Source of the DNA: Chlorokybus atmophyticus
Taxonomy: Eukaryota; Plantae; Mesostigma and Chlorokybus algae
DNA length: 64,000 bases
Direction of reading: 5' to 3'
NCBI GenBank assembly: GCA_009103225.1
Contig: RHPI01003156.1
Span: 102,537 to 166,536, forward strand
The notes beneath the pieces are model-generated. The model searched no databases and was not told where the DNA came from. It saw only the letters and a program-made list of their open reading frames with translations. This document shows positions 38,901 to 51,455 of this stretch, piece by piece. The position numbers and the translations under genes are program-made. The first letter of the stretch is position 1, and each line of letters begins with the position of its first letter.

Positions 38901-39942
38901 GCAGTTTGCACGCATCACTGAAGCGGACATGAAGGCTGTGTTGAACTTGGAGCACTTGGGAGTCCCTGTTAGCAAAAAGGCCAGTGCCGGCACCTTCTCC
39001 CTATCATTTGGAAAGAGGAAGGCAAAGAAGGTCGTACGCAAAGAGAAGGCCATGTCAGAGACAGACTGGCAGTTGTCTCGGTTCCATTCGTATGTGCAGG
39101 TGTGTGCTTGGCCAAGCATAGGGCTCGCTTGTTTTCCAACCATCCCGATTGAGGCATGCATAATGTATAGCATTCACTTATGTGTATGATAGTTTGTCAC
39201 CAGTTCAAACCTGATGTCTAACCATACACATGCCATGTGATGCATTAGTGCTGGGCTTCGTTGGTTCTTGCTAAGCATGTGTACACTCATATTGGACAGG
39301 ATGCTGTGGAGGACTTGGCAGCTGGTTCGCTTTCCACCGATGACTACCCTTATGCAAACGTGCGCGGCACCAACGCCAGCAGCGCGCTTCCTGAGCCTGT
39401 TGCAAAGAAAACCAGTGGTGCTTCTGTTCGCACGCAACGCACGGGCGCAAGCTGGGCAAAGTCCAAACCCGAAGACGGGTAAAGCGCTGTTCAGATCTTT
39501 TCACCTTTGTGCTAAAAATTTGCCTGTGTGTAGACATACTCAGGTGTGTCGGTAAGATGGCGCTTTGCTTTGCTGCAGGAATTCGCACATGCGTGGCACA
39601 TCACAGTCTGCAGTCAACCTCACGGGCAAGCGTGTTGTGGTGTTCATCATCGGTGGCATCACGCGAGCCGAGGTACGCACCAACAGTGCTTTCCACTGGC
39701 ATGATCTAATCATGCATGTGACTTGCATGTTTTGAGATTTTACTACTCCTCCAGCAGCTCACACAGGGCTTGGTGACTCATGCTCATGTGTGTCGTGACC
39801 GCAGATGGGATTGGCGCACAAGCTGACTGCTTCGTTGGGACGTGAAGTCATCTTTGGCTCGACGTCATTGGAAACTCCCTCCAAGTTCATCACGAGGCTT
39901 CGCAGCCTCACGGGTGGCGGCTTGCATGATGTGCAGCTATGA
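35950..39942 (+). CDS. SEC1: Sec1/Munc18-family SNARE regulator (SEC1/KEULE-like), multi-exon
   Basis: SFRKLMQK, WK|VLVVDDFTIKVIS, VVEDLAKKRQP...IYFITP, LIVDRSIDPVAPVIHEWTYEPM.FDLL, VLLDEHDTMWRDLRHLHIA, DLPQYREMRSKLALHVDLA, GQLEQDMVFG, DKVRLLMVY, WQLSRFHSY, FIIGGITRAE and REVIFGSTSL. Stop TGA at 39940-39942. Confidence 0.94.
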
Positions 39943-42900
39943 TGCAGTCAAGCCTTTGTTGTAAATAGCTTCGGCTACGGCTTGTTGTCTTCATCATGCA
40001 GAGTGCATCCCCTGTTGCGTGCTGCCTTGGAACGCAAATCGTTGACACTGAAAGCTCGGGGTGTTGTTCCATGTAAGGATGCACACATGCTTGCCACTGC
40101 GCAGGCTGACCACCTGCGTAGTGGCAATTACCACATTGGCGAGGTGTTTGGCAGTTTACATTGGTCAACAGCAGGTTTTAGCGCATCGATTGAGCACTCA
40201 CTGCTTTGTGCACCATAGCATCGATGGAGGTGTTCACGCCTGACAATTGCACTCACTCACAGTCCCTTTCAGCCAGCAAAGTATGCGCAGCAAATCATGC
40301 ATATGATGCCATACATAGTCTGTATAGTTTGCAGGAAACTATGCACCCTATGCATGGCTTCTTGCAACGCTCTGCACGCTTCACGTATTTTTTGCATTCT
40401 GAGAGCATCCTCGCCATGAGGGGAGTGTGCAAACGCCCTGATGTTTGACATGGGTGTTTTTATAAACAACACCTACTGTATGATTGCTGCGACTCCCACA
40501 TTCTGGCTAATGCTATGCACCACGTAGTGAACACACCTATGTCAAACATGTTCATCACTGACTTGTGCTGTGCATAATGCCTTGTGTCGTGCTAACTAAC
40601 GCGCAGATGATGCGTTGCAAATGTGGTGCAATTGCATGTTGATACCGTAGAGAGAAAGGGTGCATATTTGGCATAAGTTGTGTGGTACCCTATGCAAACT
40701 ATGCATGTGTTGTGCGGGTGTGTGGCATTCTTTGCACGCAGTCTATCCCCTCGCCGTTCTTTTGTACACCAATTTGCATGCTTAACTGCCTTGCGCATGT
40801 CCCGTACCCTTTGTAGCAACCCCATGTGCAAGTGTCTCGACCAGTCTGCCATGAGAAAAATCGCACCATGTTCAATGCACATTTGAAAATTGTCAGTAAA
40901 TCATTTCATGATAAAATGGTGTGGTTTAATTGGGCCACGCTATGGCACCTTCGCCGACAAAGAGAAACCAATCGTGGTACCGGTTTTGTCGGTACAAGAG
41001 TCGCTTGAGCACACATGTCGTAGTAGTGGTTGAAAGGCGTCATTGTGCAGATTGTCGGCGGCATGGGCGGCGAGGTGGTTGACGCCATCATTGCCGCCGT
41101 CAGTGGCCTAGCTGTAACATCGTTTCCACCCACCCATCTGACACAAAAGGAAAGAAACCTGATCCGCTGCGTCAAAGACCATTGGATGAAAGTTTACTTG
41201 AAGTTTACTTAAACGCTAGCGCAGTAACGGCTGTATGCCGTTGGTTTTAGCAGTTAACTCATGGGAGGGGGGTGAGAATTCTGTAAAATATTGAATTGCT
41301 ATACGCGTTGAAGTCGGTGTACACCCAGCTCAACTTAACAAGTTCGGTCAGGCTAATGACATGCCAACGCATGGCAAAGATTACAATAATTATGCACAGA
41401 GGGTTGCATTCTATAGCAAGTTGTAGTGTTGACACTCGACAGCGCACTTATACAGTGCCATCTACCCGTGTGACCGCAGCACGAGTACACAGCCACGACA
41501 TTAATATTTGTCGTGCGTAACAACTGTAAGTGCATGTCGTACATGCATGGATGCGGGTGTTTGCAAAGCCTTTAACCTCAAACTTCCCTCATTGATAGTA
41601 TCGGCTAAAGTCGGCCATTAATGAAGAACACAGCATGACCCGGCGTGTATACAAAAATATCATGCGACATCAAGCATATTGAAGGCGAGCCTTGCTTGTC
41701 TGTGACCTTATAACTTACAAGTATACCGATACCACTACGCAGCAGCGCAATAAAGGAGGAGAGGATGACCACCAACTTGGTTGAACCTCACCAACCAGCC
41801 GCATGCACACCCACGCCCAACACACCCACACTCACACCCACACCCCACAAGGGATGAGGGGGAGAGCCCCTTCAACAGCTACTAGCCAGGCACCCCACAC
41901 ACAAGTGGCTCTCAAGTGGTGAACACACTCTGATCCCTACTCAAGGTTGCTAAGCCTTCATACCAATTGCTGCTCTCCCGACCTGGCACACAGGAAGTTC
42001 GAGGCCCAAGGCCTTGTCACTGTGTGTTGACCTACCAGCACAAGCTGACCTTGTCCAACATATGACATCAACTTCAGGAATATCAGACTCCCTCGGTTTT
42101 CCATGGGAGTAACAATTCTACATCGGAATTGCAAACTTGGGCTCTCTTAGTACAGTACTACTTACAGATTGCCCACACATCACTGAGCCTTGCGATTGTC
42201 ACATCTGTGGCAAATTGCACTACCACAGTACAGCTGCTGTGGTTTGCCAATTTGGCTCTCTTCCTTTAAGCTGTCACTTACTGTGGCAACTCATAAGTTT
42301 GAGCTCACAGAGCCTCAGACATTGACCAGCTTTTGCCAATCCTCATCAATGCCTTGTGTAGTTCATCATACTCAAGGCCCTATGAGCTCATGAGCATACC
42401 TACATGAGAGCATACCCCATAAGCACTACACTTGCTTACAAGGAATGAGTCCCCATTGAATCTCGTCTTACTAACTGCAGTAAGAAACAGAGAACGACTT
42501 TCGCCAGCCCTATATGCGTGACAAGAAGATCACATTGGTGTATGATAGCACCAGTACACCAAGGGATGCATACATGCATGTGAGCCTTAGCACATTATGC
42601 CAAGATCAATGCACTTAGTACCAAGTTTGTGGTGGTGGTGAAGTAATAACACATATGCATGTCACGTCCGCAAGTCTAAACTATATACCATAAGCACTTC
42701 TTGAACATGATACCCGTGTACCATTTAGCTAGAGAAAGTTGCACAGGTAATTACAACATAAAGATTGCTCTTTTAAGAGGAGGGTATGTTTTTTCAGTAT
42801 TTTTAAGAAACCACAATAATGTAATGAGCCTTACTACGTTAATGCACTTGTAACTAATTATTCAAACTTGCTTACTAACTATTGTACACAATGTTTGTTG

Positions 42901-43520
42901 TTACTCGAATGCACAAATAACATAAACAACTTGTACAATGACTACGTGTTTCGTTTGCTTGTTGATAGCTTGACCATCAAAAAGTTTTTCATGCTACAAC
43001 GATTGAGCAAATAAACTTGATCAATAATCATGCAAATTGACGTGTATCGGTTTATATTGATATAAGTAAACCTACGGCTTACGGTATACTTACCTTAAGC
43101 CATAACGCGAACACAAGTGTCATGTAGATGATTGCAAGTACGAGTGGGTACGAGTTTATTTGGTGTGTGTGACATTGGCTAGCTTTAAAGCCTTGTGAAA
43201 TTTGAGGTTTCAAGTTGCCTTTTTACGCACACAGCACGCAGGCAAATGCACCTCGCATTGTATGTGCAGTCCTACGTGCATGCATACCACCTGCGACGTC
43301 AATACATTTCAAGTTGTTTGTACCACCATGCATACCGTATGCATGCCATGGCAACGGCCATGCAAGCCTGGATACGTAGTGCCACTTTTGCTGCAAGTAC
43401 CCTCGATCACACGCACGTACCTGCGGGTTGCACAGATGAAGGCACTGCGAAGCATTCCATCATTGCCACCCTTGCAGCATCATACCGCATTGCATGCACG
43501 GTTGTTGCTGGGTGTCGACC

Positions 43521-44590
43521 ATGCTGCTGGGCCGGAGAAGCCTGAGGTCGGTGTTGCCTGGGCCCTGGCCTGACGGCCCCCCTGGCTTGCTGCTTGCGTT
43601 GTCGTCTGTCGCCCTCACGCTCACCGGCCTGCTCCTCCTCCGCGTCGCCCTCCCCACCGACGGCGCCGCGCAGGACGGAGCCGGCGTGCGGGTGGAGGAG
43701 GCGGCGCATGACGTGGCGGAGCGGAGAGGAGGGGAGCAGTACTATAGCATCAGCGTCAGCGGCAAAGGGGATGATGAAATCAACAAGCAGGGCGCCGCTT
43801 GGTGAGAGAGGTGCAGCGTGCATGCAGCCATGCAGGGCCTGCCCAGAATGCACGTGTGCATGGATGCACGAGTGCAACGTGGGCGCACACATGTACGCAT
43901 GTAGGGTTGCCCCGCTTGGAGGGCTGTGTGTGGACGCATGCACGATGGCTGCATGAGACCGTCTCATCTCACGCTGCGTGCATGGCATGGCACGTGCGTG
44001 GATGGGTGGATAGGTGGGTGTACGTGAGATGATTAGCATGACAAAGCAGCTGGCATTCAGGGCAGGGCAGCAGCAGCATCGCTTGGCGGCGGGTCCATAC
44101 GACGCTGAGAAGCCGCAGAGGTCGTGGCCGCGAGTGGTTCCACAGCCGTCCGCGTTGATGAGGCCAGCACCCGCCCCAGAACTGCCACTCGGGTACTATG
44201 CTGATATGGTTATCAGCCCCCCTGCGCCTGACACCATTGACAACATCATCAGCACTGCTTGTGGCAGGGAAGACGAGGAGGAGGAGTCCGCCTCAAGTCT
44301 CCACGACCCCATCATGAAGTAAGCACCCCACAGATGCATAGCAGACATCCCATGCCAGTGCATGCTCGCTTGATTCTCTCAGACAGCATCAACAGTAGTG
44401 TGTGAGTGTGTATGTGTGTTGCAGGACTCTGGAGAGGTACGTGCTGGAGCGTCGCGCAGAGGAGCTTGAGGAGGCCGCGAGGTACTTTCGGCACGGGCGA
44501 GACGATGCGAGTGCGGAAGCTGCTGCTCCGGTTGGGGGTGGACACCACCACATTACCCACATGGACTGCTATGGTGATCTGTGCGAATAG
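43521..44590 (+). CDS. Hypothetical three-exon membrane protein, ~234 aa (exons 43521-43801, 44061-44318, 44425-44590)
   Basis: Both introns are GT-AG and phase 2, and join open frames. N-terminal hydrophobic segment LLLALSSVALTLTGLLLLRVAL. No recognised domain. Confidence 0.55.
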
Positions 44591-47500
44591 ACAATGTGGC
44601 ACTGCGACGGTCAGAGCAAACATTTGATACGGCTGCTGTCAAGGCAGCACGCACGCACGCAGTAGCACCTGTTGCATGGTGCTGAGATGTACGCAACTGC
44701 TTCTGTCAACGAGATGCACGCATGCCACTCGTCTGACATCATGTGCCATAGTCGTTGACGGTGCACGGAGTGCCCCCGCGCACAGCCTGTTTCACAGGCC
44801 TTGCCGCAGTGAGATGACACGCGTGAGTGCGTGCCTGAGACAGTCCTCTGATTCATGAATGCCACCACCATTTGCGAGCATGACAGCGACAGATTCGGTG
44901 ACCGCTGCGTGCTGTGTAGCGTTGTATATGATGGTGCATGGTGTGGGTGTGTGGTGTGAAGGATGCGGCGAGGACTGGTTGTGGACCCAAGATTCTCTGG
45001 CGTAGGGTGCGGCTAGCAAGCGAGCGAGCGACACTTCTAGCCAACTCGTGCACATCATAACAGATGCTTTCTTCTGCCATACGTCAGCATCAACAGCACG
45101 GGGAAGGGAGCGGGCCTGTTGTGATTATGACAGGGTGAGCCAGTAGCATCCACATCTGCAGCCCCATCGAGACAGCAACAATTCCAAGCAGGCAGTCTCG
45201 CGCTGAGCCGCATTGCGTCCATATGCAGGAAGTTGACAGATGAATGCCATGCAGTATGTTGCGGTTCTGTGCACTGTGGCCATTCTGGCTGCAACCCGGC
45301 GTAATAATGGTGAGAGGCCCGCCCACTCTGCACTGAAGACGACTCTTGTCAAAGACCAAGTGAGGTGCAGGGGACATCCGCTCGGGATCCGCTTGCGATC
45401 GGTTTTATACATCCATTCTTCACTTACTCACGTACCCGAACAAGTGCGATCCATGTCACAGCCACAACTGCACTGCCACTCCTGTGGAGGGCTATGGAGC
45501 AGCGGCGCACGCAAGCCCTCCAGGAGGCCAGGCCATGTGGGATCTGCACACAACAGTGAGACTACAACAACACGCTACTCGGGCCGGTGATGCCGAGACC
45601 ACTTCCGCTGCTGGGACCGTCGCGGCGCTCCTCTGACTCAGAGAGTTGCCCGATAGTAATCTGCTCTCACACATACCACGCCAGCAATGCTGGCAGTGAA
45701 CGGCAACTTACGGATGGAGGTACGCTACTTTATGGTGCACTGCCAGTCCCGCACAGTACACATCATGACCGGTAAGTAGAGACTCGGACAGCGGCGAATG
45801 CCTCTGCACAAGCCAGTAGCCAGTAGGTACAACAACTTGGTGTACGCGCTGCTAGATAACTGCAACTGCCGCTTTGATGGTGGGTGGCTACTTGCGACTA
45901 CTCCTGGCCTACTGGCAGAGCAGTGCATGCCGCGAGCAATGCAATGCCATGGGCGTGATCAGCACCGCAGGGGCGGTGCGGGTGTTGAGCTTGTCGTAGT
46001 GTTCGTGCCCGCGTGTGGACAGCGGCAGCACATGCCATTGTCGTTGAGCGACAAAAGGTACGAGCAACACGTGCCTTACGAAACGAAAGGCTTCAAACCC
46101 TCAACCATACAGAAAGGGAAACCGTTTACCTGGAATTAGTAGTAATGGCATCACTGGATCTGCCCTGCGCACTCAACAGAGTACACCTTCAAGATTCCAG
46201 AAATTCTGGAAACTTGACAATGCTCGAGTTACCCAAACGGATGACTGCAATGAACTACTTGTGATATTCTTGCCAGGCCGCGTCCAGCTGGTGTTCTCGA
46301 GCTTTCTTTGCGATCTAACCCATCTCATCAGACGGACTTGATAGTATAGTACCAAGTATGTGCACGAGCACATGCTTGAACATGCACGCGCGCACGTGCT
46401 CACTTGCAGCAGCTTCAGGTAGCGCTCGTAAGGCGCGAGGTCTTTCCTGAACCCGTGCACGACCCCGTCACGGTATCCCCGTCGCCCGTCGCTATGTGCA
46501 TCAGCCTCCTCTTCCCCCCGGCAGCAGCTCACACGCACGCACCCTCTCTCGTCGTCCTCAGACCGCACCAATCTCCCAAATGACAATGAGACTTTTTCGT
46601 TCGATGCAGCTGGTGCATGTGTCACGGAGGGCTCTGTCCAACCCAACCCCCTCTGTCACAGTGGTCGAGGAGGATCTGGCCTTGCGCGTGCTCATGTTGG
46701 CACGCTTCGCCGATGTGGGTGAGTGATGCCCTGCATGCACTGTGCTTTGCGGGCCCATCGCAGGAGCTGTGTCAGCGAGTGAACCCGCAGCATCAGGTGC
46801 TACGGCTAGAGCAGCAACTCACTGTGATGTGCAACATGTTGGTCGCAGAAGGAGGTGGAGCTGCCCCTAAAACCTTTCATCCGCTCGGCCTGGGAGTCAT
46901 GGAGCCGATCAGGCGGCAACGCCGTTCGTGCGTGCGTGCGCAGGAATGCACTCGGTGGTGGCAGCTGATTTTATCGAATGTACGAGTTGCCAGGCGGAGA
47001 GCAGCTTCTTGTATGATGCTCCAGAGGTCGCATCACTGAGAAGTTGCCTTCTCAACTTGACTTGTCTGCAAAGCGCACTGTTCACGTTCCTTTATGTTTG
47101 GTGGACAAATAGGCCTCAGAAGCTCATTGTGAAGTACCTGGTGGATTGGATCACATGGTCGTTGTGCTCAAACAAGTCATCGTGACCAGGTGCGCTGAGC
47201 TTGGCACAAACACGCTCATGCGGAAACATGACAACATCCACTTGTTGTTAGTGCAACCAGATTCATGTTTTTAGGCCGGCTGTCACCTGACCGTGTGCGG
47301 TGTGAGCAATGTGCAGATGGTACTCTCAGATTGCTTGGAAGGGGTGTGTTGCTCAAGCCCCATTCACAAGGGACGCTACGTCAAGGTTATGCTGCTTGGC
47401 TTATCTGCTGTTGTCTACAACAGTGCCAACACCACTGTGTCACACTGTCTTCCGCACCCATTGGCATTCACGAGGTAATTATACTTCATACCAGTTGCAA

Positions 47501-47978
47501 TCAGACAACGCTGTCAGGTTGATAGTGGCGCTGGACAGGCTGCAGCAGCATGAAACTCGCCGCAAGACACTCTTGACTGCAGCACTCATCGCGCCAGTTA
47601 CTGAAATCACCCTGGCTCTCAAGAAGCTGGTGCTTAACGAGATCATGGCATTGGCGGCAGCAGCAGTGAGATCAGCGCCATCTCGTGACGCACGGCCGGC
47701 ATGAGACACTTCTTTGACGGACATTGCGGGCCTGACAGTGGCGGACTTGGTGTAGTTGGCTTGATTGTAGCTGTTACAGTAGTGCAGTATTGTATGGACC
47801 CGTGTATTGTTGTATTCCCGTGTAATACAGTCATCATCGCTTAACTTGTGCAAGCCATCCACGCAGCTGTACACTGGAGTTTCCGCATGTATGCCACCAG
47901 TGTTGTTCGCTTGCTGATGGACACCCACACTGCCATCCGCCCTTGGTGTCCGAGCGTGATTGTGGTCGCAAATCCCCC

Positions 47979-48172
47979 NNNNNNNNNNNNNNNNNNNNNN
48001 NNNNNNNNNNNNNNNNNNNNNNNNNNNNNNNNNNNNNNNNNNNNNNNNNNNNNNNNNNNNNNNNNNNNNNNNNNNNNNNNNNNNNNNNNNNNNNNNNNNN
48101 NNNNNNNNNNNNNNNNNNNNNNNNNNNNNNNNNNNNNNNNNNNNNNNNNNNNNNNNNNNNNNNNNNNNNNNN
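47979..48172. other. Assembly gap (194 N)
   Basis: Run of N. Confidence 0.99.
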
Positions 48173-48263
48173 TCCCCCCCCTCGCCAATCCCAAGCTGCT
48201 TGGACGCATCGTAAAGCTCGATTCAGCACGTTGCAGTCCATCAAACTTGCTTGCCAAGCCAAG

Positions 48264-48349
48264 CCAACTCGACTCGACTCGACTCAAGCGCGTTCTCTGG
48301 TCAGAGGCAGCCCCGAGATACATAGATAGATAGATAGATAGATAGATAG
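48264..48349. repeat. Short (GACTC)n and (GATA)n microsatellites
   Basis: ctcgactcgactcgactc followed by tagatagatag... Confidence 0.85.
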
Positions 48350-48774
48350 CAAGCAGCAAAAACCCCTTGCTTGGCAAGCTGGCTTGTGGCGGCTGACAGC
48401 GGACAGCTGCTGCGGCTGGTGTGACGAAGCATCCATGCCCTTTCTGTCTCAGCTGCCAAGAGCTTTGAGCTTGCCTTGAACGTCCGGTGCGGTCCAGTCC
48501 GCGGCGAAAGTAAGGCTTGCTCTCAGCCGTGGTACATTACTGCAAAAGGAATTGATTACTCCTGGTTACCTCAGCCAGTAGCGAAATGTTCTGATCTTTT
48601 TCTGTTTCAAAGGAGCTGAGACTACTGCTGTCTCATCTCCTTTCTCGCTCTGCCACACACAGCTCAGCAGCCGGGCCCGCACCTTGGGCTAAGGGAAGCT
48701 GCTGGTCTCTCTGGCACAGCCCAAAAATCTGCTCGCAGAGTGCATAATTGGTCTATTATATACCCTGCTTGCTA

Positions 48775-49058
<284 letters not shown>

Positions 49059-49059
49059 N

Positions 49060-49990
49060 TCAACACATGCTGGCACAGCCCATGCCCAATTCCGCTACAG
49101 CTTCACATCCTGGCGCAGAGACACCCGCGCCTACGCTGGCCCCTACGACGTCATCCTCACCATTACCCAGGTAGGTGGGTAGCCTACTACTACTGAGTGA
49201 AGCGGTCGCGTGCATTCACACCGCCACTGTGCACACCACCCTTACATCTATGCTGGCTTGAAATCCCAGAGCCGTCCGCCTATCCCCCATCACAACCAAC
49301 CAAGGTACCGGCCTGGGGCAGGACAACAACCTTCTCCAGCTGGCTGTGCAAGACCTAGACTTGTACGCATTCACGTGCCGGCGTGCCACACCCGACGAGT
49401 CCGGCATCTCCTCCAACCCAAGTGCGATCGACACGCTCACGGTATCCCCTTCGTGCACGCTGAAATGGATCACGGACGGGACTGCGGTGGGGGAGATCTG
49501 CGCCGTGCAGGTGATTGTGGAGGAGCGCCACGCCGGCAACGCCCCCGTCAGACACGCGCACGACCATCATCATAGCGATCTTCAACGACGGCGAGTTCAA
49601 CTCACTCTTTCACCCGTGTGCAGCTTCGACACCCCGATCCCGCCTCAATGCGCATGCGACCTCAGTGCGTTGCGATCCCGCCTCGTGTGTCACGTCCCCG
49701 TGGCGGATGTCCTCACCCTCGGCATCAACGCCACCGCAGTCACGGGAATCACACTCAGCTATTTATCCAGCCTTCACTGGACGGCGCGTTGGACATCAAC
49801 CCTCCTGCAGGAACAGGAAAGGTAGTGGCTTCACCCTGCCGGACCACACTCACATTCACCCCCGCGGCCATGGACAGAGGGCATGTCATCGACGGTGGAG
49901 GGCTTCTACCAGCATGGCCAGGAGCCCACTCTTCATATAGAAGCAGACCGCATTATCAGCATCATCGTGCAAGGTGCGGAGATTGGACGT
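49060..49990 (+). pseudogene. Degenerate fragment of a possible secreted beta-sandwich (Ig/cadherin-like) protein gene
   Basis: Frameshifted coding-like pieces: ITTNQGTGLGQDNNLLQLAVQDLDLYAFTCRRATPDESG...LTVSPSCTLKWITDGTAVGEICAVQVIVEE. Donor GTAGGT at 49171. Family assignment is weak. Confidence 0.3.
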
Positions 49991-50253
49991 GGGGACATGT
50001 GTGTGTGTGTCGTGCTTGTGTGCCTGCGTCTCTTTTTGTGGTATGTAAGTGGGCTCCTGCGCGAACGGCATGTGTCGGGTTGGAGTGCGTAAGGTGGGTT
50101 GTGGGATGTTGTGCCTTCAACTTGATTGATGCAAGTGCAGTCGACTCAACTTTCATCTTGTACGGGTTTGTTTTGATAAGCTGGATGAGACACCCTACGC
50201 GGACGGCGTGTGTCGGGTCGGAGTGTATGAGGTGGGTTTTTTGTGTGTTGTGA

Positions 50254-50779
50254 TGTAACGGGAGCAATAATAATAGGGGTATTATTGCTACCTGAATAAC
50301 ACATTTTGTATGAATAAGTATTTAAATATGCTTATTTATACCTCTTTTCTACGGTTCCTCGCTTATTAAAGGCTATGATGCTTTATCATAGCTTAAATAA
50401 GTCCCAATGGGTGTAGAACCGCTTATTCAAGCCTATTTAGTGTCACATTTGATATAATGTGATCACTATCTCGTTAGGTACCTTACGATAGGTATCTTTG
50501 GATAGGTACCTTATCGATGGGTACCTTATCTGAGCTGTGATTGGCTCACGCTAGATTTTCAAACTACCCTATCTGTAGGGTCGATGTCTAGTTGTGAGTT
50601 AATTATCGAGAGTTATATAGTTGATATACTCTTGATATAAAAGGTCACATCAATCTGATGTGGGGACTTTCAGTTCTCTGCTCAGTGGCGGCCACGCCGT
50701 TGAAAGGCTTGTCATAGGCGGTGTGGGTGTTGAGGTAGAGGATTGAAGGGGCATCACCGGCGACGGTGGTGCTGTTACA
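50254..50779 (+). repeat. 5' LTR of element A (526 bp)
   Basis: Matches 62278-62818 apart from scattered substitutions, a 3-nt indel and an (AT)n expansion. Confidence 0.95.
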
Positions 50780-50783
50780 TTGG

Positions 50784-51455
50784 TGTGACGGTGCTCGTGC
50801 CTTGTCACCTGTGAGTTGGTCCAATCCACAACCCTCTCACCAAGACACGGTATTCACACCGGAACCTTGCCCCCTCTGCCAAGCACACACGCGCGCCCCG
50901 CCACTCGCGTACGCACGCGCATGCGCTCGAAGCTACACACCGACTTGTGTAGCGCCTTGGATCGTCACACAAGCAAGCACACACCGGTGGACACACGCTA
51001 GCAACCCCTGCTAGCCACCACCAAGCTTGCACACAAGAAACTAGGGAGCTAAAGGTTGTATTGCAAGTTGTAGAATGTCACTTTTATACCTACCAGTCTG
51101 CACATGCTACTGTCTAGACGATTCTAGCGCTAGACGGAACTAGAAGCTAAGATATTCTTGCAGAATCTTGTAGTACACTTCTAGACCTTTCCAACGCACC
51201 AAAGATCTCCTAATTTGCTGCTCATATGGTCAAGTTATACTACTTGGCGCCAGGCCCTTCCAGAAATCTGGTCGAGCCCTTCTCGACTGGCCCTCCGTTT
51301 TCTGGCACCTTCCGGACTGGTCTTGGGGCCCCGGTCGATATCCGCGGCAGACTCATAACTCGCCGATATCCGCCACAAGTCATTAACAACATGTACCTTA
51401 CAAATAAGGCCTAAAACGGCCATGAAAATCACAGAATTTGGCCTTGACTGTTACA
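50784..51455 (-). repeat. 3' LTR of element B
   Basis: Near-identical to 55628-56299; adjacent to the PPT. Confidence 0.96.

Noticed and set aside
42030-42100. Minus-strand DIPEVDVICW...C, reminiscent of cytosine methyltransferase motif IV
   Set aside because: There is no PC dipeptide or other DNMT motif, and the frame is full of stops.
41200-43200. AT-rich island as a piggyBac-like element or LRR pseudogene
   Set aside because: TTAA sites are present but no terminal inverted repeats or transposase were found; the LRR-like piece (LSTVLLTDCPHIT) is too short to support a call.
44780-47930. Possible genes in the GC-rich coding-like patches
   Set aside because: I could not assemble a phase-consistent model or recognise any domain.
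47834-48377. ORFs crossing the N run
   Set aside because: They are open only because N codons contain no stops.
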